A DNA stretch of 62,069 nucleotides, filler included, from Sphacelaria rigidula (lineage: Eukaryota), in the NCBI GenBank assembly GCA_964200075.2. It is 10 parts of 10 records of this genome, joined end to end, with 100 filler letters (N's around TTAATTAATTAA, not from the genome) between each part and the next. Parts side by side here need not be neighbours in the genome. Positions count along the whole stretch, not along the records: positions 1 to 6,118 come from CAXNAA020022108.1; positions 6,219 to 12,336 come from CAXNAA020022109.1; 8 more parts are not named here. The stretch is one strand, 5' to 3'. The position numbers and the translations under genes were made by a program. Within the stretch, counting starts at the first letter, position 1. Every line of letters begins with the position of its first letter. Under the pieces are notes generated by a model, which had not been told where the DNA came from, did no database searches, and worked only from the letters and a program-made list of their open reading frames with translations. Below, piece after piece: positions 1-11,444 of the stretch.

Positions 1-137
1 ATGCCTATACTTTATGCAGTACACTTCTCGTCTATTGCATCTATTGACCATATATTGTCCAGGGTGTGATATATATATAATAATAAATTAATCAATTAAT
101 TAATGTTTGTTGGGATATGGTTTTTATTTCTTGGTTA

Positions 138-615
138 GGTCGCTCCTTATAACAGACAAGAATATAAATCTGGAAAAGTGCCTTTTTGGAGCTTTTACAT
201 CGTTTTACGCCCTAAAAGAGAGCCAGGCGGAGTTGGACACCTTGGAATGACTTGCTCTAGTAGTTGCGGCAGTTCCAGGACACTTCCCATTTTCCGGTGG
301 CAGCGGTTTTTATTTTGGCCAAGCAAAAAAGTTTGTGGAAGAACGGTAAAGAACAGTCAAATCTAGAAAAAATCGCCACTTTCCTCTGGACTTGACCGTT
401 ATTCACTTTTCCTCGACAAAAATTATTGTTTGACCAAAATAAAAACTGCGGCCACCGGAAAACGGGAAGGTGTCCTGGAATCGCCTCAACTACTAGAGCA
501 AGTCATTCCAAGGTGTCCAACTCCGCCTGGCTCTCTTTTGGGGCGTAAAACGATGTAAAAGCTCCAGAAAGGCACTGTTCCAGATGTATATTCTTGTCTG
601 TTATAGGGAGCGGCC
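138..615. mobile_element. PIF/Harbinger (Tourist-like) fold-back MITE, 478 bp
   Basis: Whole element is an imperfect palindrome (GGTCGCTCCTTATAACAGACAAGAATAT... / ...ATATTCTTGTCTGTTATAGGGAGCGGCC); GG termini; TTA duplicated at 135-137 and 616-618. Confidence 0.88.
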
Positions 616-1236
616 TTACGAGTGGTTGGAATTGGATGAGATTATTATTTTTTGGGCACAGTATAATTAGCCTACGTAACTTCCGCTTGAAACACCTGGG
701 GGGGATTTTGTTTTTCTCCATCGTTTTTCTCCGTCCTCGTGGAGCGCCGAGGGTTCCTCGAGAGTACAACACGTGAGATGCAGTACACAGTGCCGCGGTT
801 CATTCGAAAAATAATGACAATACCGACCGCGTGACAAATGCAAGGCAGTTCCGCTGCACAATACGAGTTGTGCTCCGCATTATCAAGTGTCCATACCCTG
901 GGCTGTCCACGAGATGGGGCTCACGAAGTAGTCATCTCCGGTGTTCGTGGTGAATACCACGGTAATTATTATTATTATGTTTTGTTTGTCGCACTTTGAA
1001 CCCCTCCCTTTCTCGGGACGAGTCCGTGGTCTCGAGGGATCTACCCGTCTCTCCCCCGGTACACGCCTTGCATTTTGGTCTCACGGATTGGATCATGACT
1101 ATCAGCACTCCCGCACCGTGTCAACTCACGTCAAACAAACTCAGTCGAGTACTTTGTTTACTCGCGATCTCACGCTTCCCACGGTGTAAATCACATACTA
1201 CGAAGACAAAAACGACCTATCGGAAATCGAACCCTC

Positions 1237-2701
1237 CGAGGGCAGGTCGAGTACAATATGTACTTTTGAGTACTCGAGGAAAAAAACCGAGTATTTTTTC
1301 GACTCCAATATTGAGTAGGCTGAGTACGGCCTTGCGTTCTCTACTCAAATATTAAGCAGGTTGACCTCAAGTACTCTACTCAAATTTTGAGCAGACCAAG
1401 TACGACCTGCACCACTCTACTCAAATTTTGAGTAAGCACTCTACTGAGTAAAGAGTATCACTCGGGTATGACCTCCAATACTCTACTCATATTTTGAGTA
1501 AACTGAGTACGGCCTCAAATACTCCACGAGGAATTAATATTTGGGTAGATCGAGTGCGACTTGCAATGCTCAAATATTGAGTAAGCACTCTCAGTAATAC
1601 TTGAGTATAGAGTATAACTTGGGTATGATGAGTAACCGTGACCGTCGGCGACTTCGTGACGTCACTCCACATACTATGTTGAATTCATGAGCGAACGATG
1701 GCCATCAATTAGATGAGTGGCGGTGCGTCACGGGCTACAATGAGTATGAGCGAATGATGGCCATCAAGGAACAAAAAAAGCGTGCAGGTAAATGAACCTA
1801 CCTGCCCCAGCTCACCTGCGCCTGCCCATGGCAGGACATACTTGATACCCCTCAACCCCTTCGATATCACTTTCAGTACAGAGCGCTACTCATCATCATT
1901 GAGTAATCGAGTAGATGGATAGTCGGGTAGGTATGATCAAAATGAGCGACTGTACTAGCCGCACATGTGACTCCTCCATGGTGAAGTCAGCGGTGGTACA
2001 TCGGGTCCGGCCTCAGATACTCTACACAACCTTCGGGTAGATTGGGTATGACCTCAAATACTCTTCTCAAATTTTGGGTAGATTGAGTATGACCTCAAAT
2101 ACTCTACTCAAATTTTGAGGAGGTTGATTATGACCTCAAGTACTCTACTCGAATTTTGAGTAGGTCGATTATGACCTCAAGTACTCTACTCGAATTTTGA
2201 GTAGGTCGAGTACGGCCTCAAGTACTCTGCTCAATTTTTGAGTACGTGAAGTACGACCTCCGATACTCTACTCAAATATTGAGTAATTACTCTCAGTGGT
2301 CCTTGAGAATAGAGTATCACTTGGGTTTGACCTCAAAACTTTACTCAATTTTTGAGTAGATTGAATACGGCCTCTAAATACTCTACTCAACTTTTGAGCA
2401 GGTTGAGTACGGCCTCAAAAAACCCTACTCAACTTTTGAGTACATCGAGTATGACCTCCAATACTCTACTCAAATACTGAGTAAGCACTCAGTAATACTC
2501 GAGTATAGAGTTTTACTTGGGTAGGACCTCAGTACTCTCCTCAATTTTTCGGTAGATTGTGTATGACCTCAAATACTCTACTCAAATTGTAGGTAGGTTG
2601 AGTACGGCCTCAAATATTCTACTCAAATATTGAGCACTAACAGTACGTATGACTCTTCGAAAATACTGAGTGTTGAGTATACTCTACTCGACCTGCCCTT
2701 G
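1237..2701. mobile_element. Non-autonomous TIR DNA transposon with 8-bp TSD (hAT-like), 1465 bp, filled with ~41-bp subterminal repeats
   Basis: 17-bp TIRs CGAGGGCAGGTCGAGTA / TACTCGACCTGCCCTTG (16/17 match); TSD GAACCCTC at 1229-1236 and 2702-2709; no ORF. Confidence 0.9.
1296..2690 (+). repeat. Two arrays (~1296-1625 and ~2017-2690) of a ~41-bp unit, TACTCTACTCAAATTTTGAGTAGGTYGAGTAYGACCTCAAR
   Basis: TACTCTACTC recurs at 2100, 2141, 2182 etc.; each unit holds the near-palindrome TACTCAAATTTTGAGTA. Confidence 0.9.
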
Positions 2702-3384
2702 GAACCCTCGTTCTCTCCACCCTATGGCGACAGTCGGATCATTACACCACTGGGGCGCGGTGGGAAACGCATTTATGTTTTCGAATGTCGTTTGGCCGAG
2801 CGAATAGTTTTGGGTTTTGTATCTCTCGAGGGTATTCTGAAACGTTGGTGTTGGCGTCTGACCGAGCATCGTTTTCGCTAGCCAAGCGCAGGTTTTGTGT
2901 TGTGAAAATATTATTAATAACAAATGTCTGTATATACAGTAGCCGTCCGCTCATGAGAAACTTGAAATCAGGCTCAGCCTGAGAACATTATTTGATGCAA
3001 GGGTTCATCATGCCGTACTCTATTGGACTCAGTGTAGCATTCGTCGCTGAGGCTGAGCACTTTGGTCATATGTTGAGATATCTTCGCTGGATTTTACTTA
3101 CAGCCTCGTTTCTTATGAGCGGGCCCCTACTGTTGTATTTATACATATATATATATATATACATAATCCGTTCAGATTCTTCCTGCTCGTTTTGTTTCAA
3201 TGCTGTTATTCTCCGCCGACGGTTTTTGCTGTACGTTGCTGTTCGTCTGTTTCAGTTTGTGTGTCCTATTTGTTGAAACCGTGCTTGTTTTTGAAGTCAC
3301 ACGGCAAGTATTTCATGCGTCAGAGTCAAATCGCGAGTGTTCCGTACGTATCATCAGCACAAATCAGTTATACGGTTCGTACGG

Positions 3385-3600
3385 CATTGATCGATTGCCA
3401 CACGTACACTAATCCCCGAAAGACACAGTCCTGGTCATTATCCAATAAAAAAACACTGGACCCAAGGTAAACAAATCGGAAAAGCTCGCTGAAAAAGAAA
3501 AAAGAAAAAAGGAGAGTGGTAAAGTGAAATAAAGACAAATTAGAATCAAAAACCAAAATGAGATATACGAAATAAGCGGAGAATAGAAAGGAAGGGCGAG
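3385..3600 (-). mobile_element. LINE 3' end (family C variant)
   Basis: Minus strand: pyrimidine tract, then TGGATAATGACCAGG...GGGGATTAG...GCAATCGATCAAT, similar to the 7150-7243 and 28930-29015 ends. Confidence 0.55.
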
Positions 3601-4183
3601 GAAGAGGACTGAAGGGAGGGGGGGGGGGGAAGTAGGGGCCGGGCGAGCGCAAACACAAGCCGTAGTAGTAGATTACGGTTCAGCTACTGTATTTTGCACA
3701 AAACGATTTGGGTATGAGCTCTTGCCCGTATTCCTACGGAAGCAAAGGACCAAACTGCTGCGTGGCACTACCGCAGAAATCCAGGCCCTAGTCTCGCGGA
3801 CCCAATGCTACCTTGAGTCGAGGAAACGAAGCGCAACCCAACTGGAAAGTTGGCGGAGCTGCCAAATTCGACGCACCTTTTGCTACCTGAACCTTGTACT
3901 TCGCTGGAAAATGACCAATTCACATCCGATATTTGCCAATTTGGGGAATTTTATTATTATTATAAGTGGTAGTAGTATTGTTGTTGTTGTTGTTTCCGCA
4001 CATTTGTCCGATCTCTCGAACACGTGGTCAGAGGTATTGAATACATGTTATGGATGAAGACAACCCGGAAATCACAATACTGTCGAATTAGTGGGGACAT
4101 AGCTTTAGTCGGAATTGAGTTGAGTACGGCTCGAATCCGACTTGACCAACGTTGTTTATATCCTATTTCGCGTTACCTGGCAG

Positions 4184-4300
4184 ATGCGAGAGGCGATAGA
4201 GGCAGAGCGAGTGGGTTGGCGGCAAAGAACCACTGCTCTAGAGGCGAATCTGGCGAAAATGGAAAGTGACGCCCGGGAAGCCATGAGACGGGCGGAGCAG
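4184..4300 (+). CDS. Isolated internal exon of an unknown coiled-coil protein (MREAIEAERVGWRQRTTALEANLAKMESDAREAMRRAEQ)
   Basis: Pyrimidine-rich tract + CAG acceptor ending 4183; CAG/GTGAAG donor at 4301; 117 nt, phase 0-0; E/A/R-rich helical composition. Confidence 0.65.
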
Positions 4301-4321
4301 GTGAAGAGGAGAGAAGAAGAT

Positions 4322-4740
4322 GTTTGACTGACTGATTGGTTGTTGCACATGAACTGAAGTCCCCAGGATCCAACCGTGGTTACATGATAGACGAGACACT
4401 CGGTCAAGGAAAAATGAAGAAAACAGCAGAAGGTGGAACAGACGCAAAGAGTGATAGTAGACTGATGGAAAACAAACCCAAGGAGGATACAAGAAAATGA
4501 AACAAGAACAAATACAAAAAGAAAAAAAGTGGAAAATGTAGCAACGGCCGACAACTGAAGAGCAAAAGCGCAGACGTTTTTTGGTCATTGTGCAAGCGTG
4601 GATTTGTTTCGACAACGCGGGCCTTCGTCGAATTTTCCCCGATTCATACGTTTCGTGTGCAACTCGCCAAGGCGTACTGTCTGAAGTGATGCTGAGAGGA
4701 GCACGGACGAGGTTATGCACGTGATTGAGAGACTGTTCGG
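4322..4740 (-). mobile_element. 5'-truncated LINE 3' end (family C)
   Basis: Minus strand: T/C-rich tract, then CGTCTATCATGTAACCACGGTTGGATCCTGGGG...GTGCAACAACCAATCAGTCAGTCAA, homologous to 20870-20945 and 58497-58575. Confidence 0.7.
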
Positions 4741-4764
4741 CGACAAAATGTTACATTTTGTTCC

Positions 4765-4795
<31 letters not shown>

Positions 4796-4891
4796 TATTT
4801 TTTGCCTTCGTTGTGGAGAATACAATATGGTCGGTGCACACTAAATAGTCTTTCTGCGATAGCCCCCTGCCGCCGCCCCCCCCCCCAAAAA

Positions 4892-4987
4892 GCCTGGTCC
4901 GGCGAAAACCCGGCGTGCTCCGTCCCGGCTTTGTAACGATGCGAGGTCAATCGTCTTAGGACTATGGCATGCGAGATCATGAGTATA
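4892..4987 (+). mobile_element. C-tract retroposon, subfamily A, short form; sits inside a degenerate family-E MITE (~4846-5042)
   Basis: GCCTGGTCCGGCGAAAACCCGGCGTGCTCCGTCCCGGC...GATCATGAGTAT; 7-bp TSD CCCAAAA at 4884-4890 and 4988-4994. Confidence 0.8.
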
Positions 4988-5151
4988 CCCAAAACCAGCG
5001 ACTTTTCTGGGGGGGGAGGGGGGGGCTGTCTTGGAAATTGTCGAAACATTTTTTTTGTTTTTTCTCCGTTCATTACGAATTGGACGTACGTATGTATGTA
5101 GTTGCGGAGTTATGACCTGATCGATCAACAAGCATATAATACTTCTCTGAG

Positions 5152-5400
5152 GACACTTTCCAAGATAGCCCCCGCCCGAAAAGTGCCTGCTTTGGAGAGG
5201 CAGAATGTTCACGTAAGTCGAAATGGAAAAAGCCGAGCACAACGAGCAGCTGGGATTTCCCACACCTGGGTTCGTTCTCGCCAATGTCGCCAATATGAGG
5301 CGAGTCATGCAGCCTGACCCCGAATATCAGGCGCTGTGTTGTAATTATTTTCGTGACACTTTTTGGCTGGTATTTTTGGGGGGCTATCGTAGAAAGTGTC
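5152..5400. mobile_element. MITE family E (~250 bp, GACACTTTCTACGATAGCCCC TIRs, 4-bp TSD)
   Basis: TIRs at both ends; interior homologous to 19486-19732 and 20588-20839; flanks TGAG/TGGG. Confidence 0.85.
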
Positions 5401-6051
5401 TGGGGCAAAAAATAAAGAAAGCCAAAACAGACGCGTCCGGCAGAAATCGACCTCACGTTTTGCTGAACCTTTTGGTCTCAGTTGTACCATTCGCCCAGTT
5501 CACCCTGTTGCCGCCTAACTCCTCAGATGGACCAAAAGATGGACACAGACGTTGTAAAATGCCGTGCTACGCAAGTTGAGGGGATGTTTCTTGGAGTAAG
5601 CGGGTGCTACAGAAGTATCCAGAAGCCAAGAGAATCATGTATGGACAGACGACTTGCTATTTTAATGGGAACATGCAGTACGAACAACGGCGAAGGCCGA
5701 ATCGGGCGAAAATAATGAATTGGGGGCGTTCAGCTGAAAAAGGAGTTTCTCGTAATTTTCTCGCAGTTGGCGATTTTCAATAGTTTTTTTTTTGCGTGCC
5801 ACTGCTCATTCCAGTGAATGTTCGGTCCCAAAGTTTGGGGATCGGAAGATACTAGGCATCCGCTCCACATTCCGAAACCAAATATAATCTCTGCGCTCAA
5901 TACTGAACGACTTACGGGCTAAATCGACAGGGGATGCTATGGAACGTTTTTGGTCCAACACATATTTCTTTTCTGCTTTACCGCCATGAATAGGTGAAAA
6001 TAAAGGAGAAGGGTCTGTAAAATTATTAACGAGAACGATCGGGATTGGTTC

Positions 6052-6094
<43 letters not shown>

Positions 6095-6118
6095 CCCGCG
6101 CGGGGCCCGCACGAGTAA

Positions 6119-6218
6119 NNNNNNNNNNNNNNNNNNNNNNNNNNNNNNNNNNNNNNNNNNNNTTAATTAATTAANNNNNNNNNNNNNNNNNNNNNNNNNN
6201 NNNNNNNNNNNNNNNNNN
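6119..6218. other. Artificial 100-bp contig linker (44N + TTAATTAATTAA + 44N); identical linkers at 12337-12436, 18554-18653, 24771-24870, 30988-31087, 37205-37304, 43422-43521, 49638-49737, 55854-55953
   Basis: Identical N-flanked six-frame-stop spacer nine times; intervening segments are 6118,6118,6117,6117,6117,6117,6117,6116,6116,6116 bp, i.e. size-sorted contigs. Confidence 0.98.
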
Positions 6219-6475
6219 ACTAAGGCAAGCAACAAATGAGTACGCCCCCCCCCCTCCTTCCCCCCCGCTTCACATCGCAGCGGCGACGACGGCTGTACTG
6301 CTGCACAAGGCAGCCGCTCACTCTCTGCCAGTGTGTACGTGCGGCCTGGAGTCCGCCATTGAAGATGCTGCAGCATGGGTGCTGTACAACTCTCAGGAGT
6401 ATGAAGAGGCGGTTGCTGAGATGAACAGGCGAGCTGCTTGTTGATTGAAAGGGAGGGAGGGGACGGGGGGGGGGG

Positions 6476-6540
6476 CATGCTCAGTTGTTGCTTGCCTTAG
6501 TCGTTTGACCATTGACCACGCACCCCTTTCGAGGCGGAGC
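6476..6540 (-). mobile_element. C-tract retroposon, subfamily B; a partial + strand copy is at 6219-6250
   Basis: Reverse complement GCTCCGCCTCGAAAGGGGTGCGTGGTCAATGGTCAAACGACTAAGGCAAGCAACAACTGAGCATG followed by a C-run. Confidence 0.8.
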
Positions 6541-6649
6541 GGAGCGGAGGGGGGGTGGGAACTCCTCGGTATATCCACTACTATTGTACTGCTGTGCCAA
6601 TGATTCATGATGTTGGGTACACAAACGTTTCCAAGTTGGGTGCTTCGAC

Positions 6650-7243
6650 ACTGAGACTCCCACGGGAGATTTGCCGAAATATTGCGGGCGCTGCGTCAGT
6701 GTTCTGATTGTAGGGTCTGGGTGCGTGAATGACGCTTGGACGAAACATAGGTCGCTCGTCCTAGAGAGTGGGAGTATTTCCTTGGAGACCAGGTAAGGTA
6801 GCACGCTGTAGATCGTGGGGGGGCGAGATCGGGTGGAATATGATTTAATTTTCCGTTTGGACCGTAATAGTTGGTAGCATCCATTCGTGTGGAATATGAA
6901 CACGTTCTCGTCTATCTCTCCCCTTTGAGAAACAAAATACATTTTGACTTTCGTCTCTCTCGCCCGCTGTCGTTCCTTCCCTCGTGTTTTTGTATCGTAG
7001 TAAGAGTACCCTCTCGTAGGTTTTACTATTGTGTCGTCTCTGTTTTTCTGTTCAATTTCACTACATTTGATTATATTCCATTTTCTCATTGCCTTCTTCC
7101 CTGAGTGTTTCCGATTCCATTTATACCTTGAGTACGGTACGTCTGTTCCATGGATAATGATCGCGACCGGATCCCTCGGGGGTCAGTTAATATGAGACAA
7201 TCAACCAATCAACCAACCAACCAATCAATCAAATCAATCAATC
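6650..7243 (+). mobile_element. Decayed LINE 3' region with (CAAT/CAAC)n tail (family C variant)
   Basis: Pyrimidine-rich 6950-7130, terminal motif TGGATAATGATCGCG...GGGGGTCAGTTAA...GACAATC, then tetranucleotide tail 7197-7243; 5' limit approximate. Confidence 0.6.
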
Positions 7244-7641
7244 GACCAAGAGGCGCCGTGTCTATCAGAAGGGGTCGTGGGAGGAGGGGATGACGGAGCA
7301 TCTTTCTTAGGCGCCCAGTATTCCCAGCCCTTCGCTCCTTTTTTGTCTGGCTTCTTGATTCCTCTCGACCCTTCCTTTCCTCTGTCCCTGCCTCCCTCTC
7401 TCGGGACGAGCCCATGGTTTCTGAGGGAATCAATCAACCCGTACATCTAACTCTATTCCGCGGTGTCGTACTACGCACTTATTCTCAACTCTCAATATCA
7501 TCGATAATTGGATGAGCTATCGCCCGACCGAAAGCGTCTTCACGGTATTCCGACGAAACTGTCATGCTTTGCGCGCCCCTTCCGCTCCACGTTGTTGGGT
7601 CTACCTCGGATGTCCTGTGACTACGGGTCTGCACATTGGGG

Positions 7642-7674
7642 GGGCGTACTCATTTGTTGCTTGCCTTAGTCGTC
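7642..7674 (-). mobile_element. 5'-truncated C-tract retroposon (subfamily B) with 15-bp TSD
   Basis: GTCTGCACATTGGGG duplicated at 7627-7641 and 7675-7689 around the last ~30 nt of the element. Confidence 0.88.
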
Positions 7675-9019
7675 GTCTGCACATTGGGGTGCGGGCGAAT
7701 CACCGTCTTCGACCGTGACTGGTAAATATAGCGTAGAATATATTTGGAGAGATAACCAGGATCATCAGTAGATCGAATACCGCGTTGCGATTCAAAACGC
7801 AGTGATGGAGCGGAGGAGCAATTAACTTTCAAGCACATGTTAGCGCCCTCCAACGTAGAGTGTGTAATCGTCAGTCGGTTGTCGTCCAGAGGGTGGAATC
7901 CTGGTCCCCAAGCATGCACACACCATCATATTTGCTCGAAATATCGTTCAAATGTTTCGCGATGGTTGGGCTTCACGTGCTTCTTTTCTACATCGGAGTA
8001 GTAAAATATTGTACGTGCATTAATAATAATAATAATAATCAGCGAAGAGAAGTACAAGGGCACTTACTTCAATAAAAATCCTGGTCCATGGAACGGGTGT
8101 TGGCTGTGGTCTGCAAGAGTTCGGGGCGAGTCTTGCTTCTCGTGACCGCGATTGACATGTGAAGTCGTTCCCTCCCCCCGTCCCCCCTCCCCAATGGTTG
8201 ATCGTTGCAGATGGACAGAGGCTGGAAGTGCACAGGAGCGTGGAGATAGGGCGCCGGGGTGCCAATGCGATCCTCCCCACAAGGTGTGAACCATCGTGTA
8301 TTTCTAAGTGTGATTGGGGCAGGGTAGTTGTACCGTACCCCTTGGCATCCTGGGTGTTGCCCGGGGTACTTGTTGCAGTACCGAATACCCGAGGGTAGCT
8401 GGAGCATCCGACTGCCGTAGGATGTTGGGTATGTCAGGGTACTCGAGGTACAGGTATCAACTGCCGGAACGTGGCACCGACTATTCTCAGGATTGGCGGG
8501 GAATGAACTGAAAAAGGGTGCTGCGTATATATTCAGGTGTACCTCAAAATGATGACCTGTACCCGCACCCTGTCGGCGCTGGCTGTCGAAAACATTAACT
8601 ACTCTTTTTCTGGGGTACCTGCAATATCGACTGTATAGGGGTAAATGTTGAGTGCTTCAGGGTAGTACATGAGTACGCTGACTTGTACCGTTGTCCGAAG
8701 TGATGCGTTTTGTGAGTGTAAAGTCGGAGGGAGTTGGGGGGTGGCTAATGTCGAGCACAACTAGACGCGTCATCTGTCTTGTAGAATGTGTATGGAAGGG
8801 AATTATTCATGACTTGTTATTGGCCGATGTTGCTGTTGTTTGGGTGACCTTTCATCGTGCTTATTGCAGTACAAGTGAAAGTAGAGCGTTATAGCAGCTT
8901 GTATCAAGTATTCAATCTCGTAGTATGTATTCAAGGTCGGTTGTCTGTTGTTATCATTCCGTGTGTGTTGGAATATGGCACCCATATAAAGGCACATGCA
9001 GACTTTCGCTACACATCAA

Positions 9020-9200
9020 AACGTTGATGAAGTTTTGTTTGACGAGACATGATGCGGTGCGGGAGTGCTGATGGTCATGATCCAATCTGCGTTACCAAAG
9101 TGCAAGGCGTATACCGGGGGGGACATGGGTTGATCCCTTGAGACTAGTAGACCACGGACTCGTCCCGAGGAAGAGGAGGGGTTACAAGTGCGATAAGAAA
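9020..9200 (+). mobile_element. 5'-truncated SINE family D copy; a minus-strand 3' fragment is at ~7393-7441
   Basis: GCGGTGCGGGAGTGCTGAT...GACCACGGACTCGTCCCGAGGAAG...GGGGTTACAAGTGCGA matches 54325-54447 and the reverse complement of 985-1140. Confidence 0.82.
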
Positions 9201-9897
9201 AGCACAAAAATATCGACGGAAACTCGAGGGGCTGAAACGATGGGTGTGATAATAGGACAGGGTGGGGTAATGATGGAAACGAATAGTACAAGCTAAACTA
9301 CGTTAGTATCTAGTAGAGGCCCTGAGAAAAGAGGAAGACAAAAAACAACGAAAATCACAGGTCTTTGTCGCAGGGCTGCGGGTATAGAGTGAAAGCCCAA
9401 TGTCTACAGTAATAGTACGGTGTGCAATATTCGATAAATAATGTATTTTGTGACTCGAATAATTATATATAACGGTAAACATGGACATGGACGGGCTAAG
9501 GGTTCTGGTACAAAATTATCTTGTTTCGGAGCACCTCCACACGCCTCATATCGTCCTCCTTACAGGGTATGGGGTCAAGGTCGTGGTCTCTTATGGAAGC
9601 ACACTCATTAATCATGCGTGTACATCAGTGCTTGTATTGGCGAAATATTGCGTCTGTTACAGACAGAGGTCCTCCCTGTATGCCGATACATTGCAACGTG
9701 TAGCAGTGTGTACACGCAGTAGTCGCAACGTCCCTTCTTTTGTTCTCCCTGATAGGGCATGTGCTCAGCAGTTGATCGGGCAGCGTGCAGCTTCCTTCTC
9801 GACTCAATGTAGCACACCCTCTTTGATTCGACAGCGATACCTTTGCAGTCGTCATCCTCCTCCTTCCCGTGCCCGCGCGATGCATGACTCTGAACAG

Positions 9898-10029
9898 CAT
9901 GCCTGGTGCCTCGCCGCGACATACGAAGCGCACGGCCTGGACATGCCCAAGCCCGGCTGCACCTGCGTCGACGCCATATCCGTAGAGGAAACGGACGATA
10001 GGGTGTTGCTCTTCGGGGGAGCTTTTTAG
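9898..10029 (+). CDS. Probable terminal exon of an unknown gene (HAWCLAATYEAHGLDMPKPGCTCVDAISVEETDDRVLLFGGAF*)
   Basis: AACAG acceptor at 9897 after a pyrimidine-rich stretch; GC-rich coding-like run to TAG; no recognisable domain. Confidence 0.5.
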   Translation, partial: HAWCLAATYEAHGLDMPKPGCTCVDAISVEETDDRVLLFGGAF

Positions 10030-10737
10030 CCCGGCAGGGAATCGTGTGGAGGTTTATATCGGGGAAAAAAACGTACCGGTGGTGTGGTGGTCGGGTGGAC
10101 GGAGAGAGATGTTCTCGCGGGTGGGGAACGGTGGCGGAGGGGGGGATGACATGGCGTTTTTTTCTCTCTGCAGATCTTTCACCCGTATGTGTCTTGCGCG
10201 CAGCTATATGCGTTTTTTTCGTTTTAACTTTCGTAAGGGCGAGTATGTTATAGCATTCTTGGCGCCTATACGTGAAATTGCCCCCAACTCCAACCTGTAG
10301 CTAGATGGAGGGCGGGGTGTGTGTGTGCGGGGACGGGGAGGGGGCATGGGTTAGTACGATGTTGACGTCGGTGCAGCTGTCGCACACCATCTCTAGCCCA
10401 AATACTGTTGGGGGGGCAGAGAATAAAGATAGACTGCATGCAACAGCAGTGAGGGTCCAGGATCCTTGCCGTTGTATTGTTGTCGGCGCTTTTTTTGTGT
10501 GCTGTGCGGTACTTCCGAGGTATTTTTAGGGCCAATATTTGAACAGACACCAAGAAAGCATTTTTTTTGTCGGGCGCCGTCTGTGGTTGTTGTTGCTGTT
10601 GTTGCTGTTGTTGTTGTCGTTTTTTCATGACGAGCTTCTTGGGCTGCTTTGGCGTCATCTTGTATTGTTCCTTTCTTTGTTATGCGTTGTCCTCAGTTCA
10701 CAGCGCTCCAAAGTAGACATCCCCCCCTCTCCTCCCC

Positions 10738-10810
10738 GTGCTCCGTCCCGGCTTTGAAGCGATGCGAGGTCAAGGATTGTATGACTACGGCATGCAAGAT
10801 CATGAGCACT
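10738..10810 (+). mobile_element. C-tract retroposon, subfamily A, short form
   Basis: GTGCTCCGTCCCGGCTTTG...GCATGCAAGATCATGAGCAC with C-rich tracts on both sides. Confidence 0.8.
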
Positions 10811-11367
10811 CCCCCCTTCCCCCCCGCACGGACAGTGATGGCAATAGTGTGGCAAACATAGCATGTAGTCACCACTCGTGGGCTTAGGTATCGTCAGCCT
10901 GGTACTTGAGTAGTAACAAAGTATAGATGGCTCACGTACTGTAGCAAGTAGAAGATATAAATATATGCACATCATTGGCCGCTTAGGAAATATCGTAGAT
11001 GTATTTTGTGAAATGTTCCAGCGTAGATAATGTATATTGTATTGCGCATTCTGGCAGCTTACGAGATCCGTTTTGATATTATGGAATAATATTCTATCCT
11101 GATGTCCCTTCTCCCTTACAAGGCTTGTATCCTCGAAATGCTACAGGCGGGCAGTACGTGTACGAAATTGCAGTAATATGCTGGGCTGAACCGACTGCCT
11201 ACTACTGTCGTTGCTTGAAAGCTGTTCTCAGGCAAGGCATTCCTGGTCAGCGCTTAACGGCGCGGGTCACGAATGCAACGGCAGGTGCTTGGCCATAGGA
11301 CGTCCCTGTTCCCAACCACGTCTCGCCTGAGCTTAGGGTGACTCTCCTCATGTAACAGTTTCTTGCG

Positions 11368-11386
11368 ACACACACACACTCACACA

Positions 11387-11443
<57 letters not shown>
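11368..11443 (+). repeat. (CA)n microsatellite
   Basis: Direct reading; other simple repeats are (TA)n at 4766-4791 and 26093-26119 and (GACA)n at 25062-25095. Confidence 0.97.

Positions 11444-11444
<1 letters not shown>

Larger units (their letters stand above)
980..2759 (-). mobile_element. tRNA-derived SINE (family D), split by the insertion at 1237-2701
   Basis: 980-1236 joined to 2710-2759 matches the intact copy at 54153-54460, including the A box (TGGTGTAATGA) and B box (GGTTCGATTTC). Confidence 0.88.

Noticed and set aside
1296..2690. CRISPR-like array of palindromic ~41-bp repeats (also the 44-bp array at 42140-42330)
   Set aside because: Units are contiguous with no unique spacers, no cas genes, eukaryotic context; the first lies inside a TIR/TSD-bounded transposon
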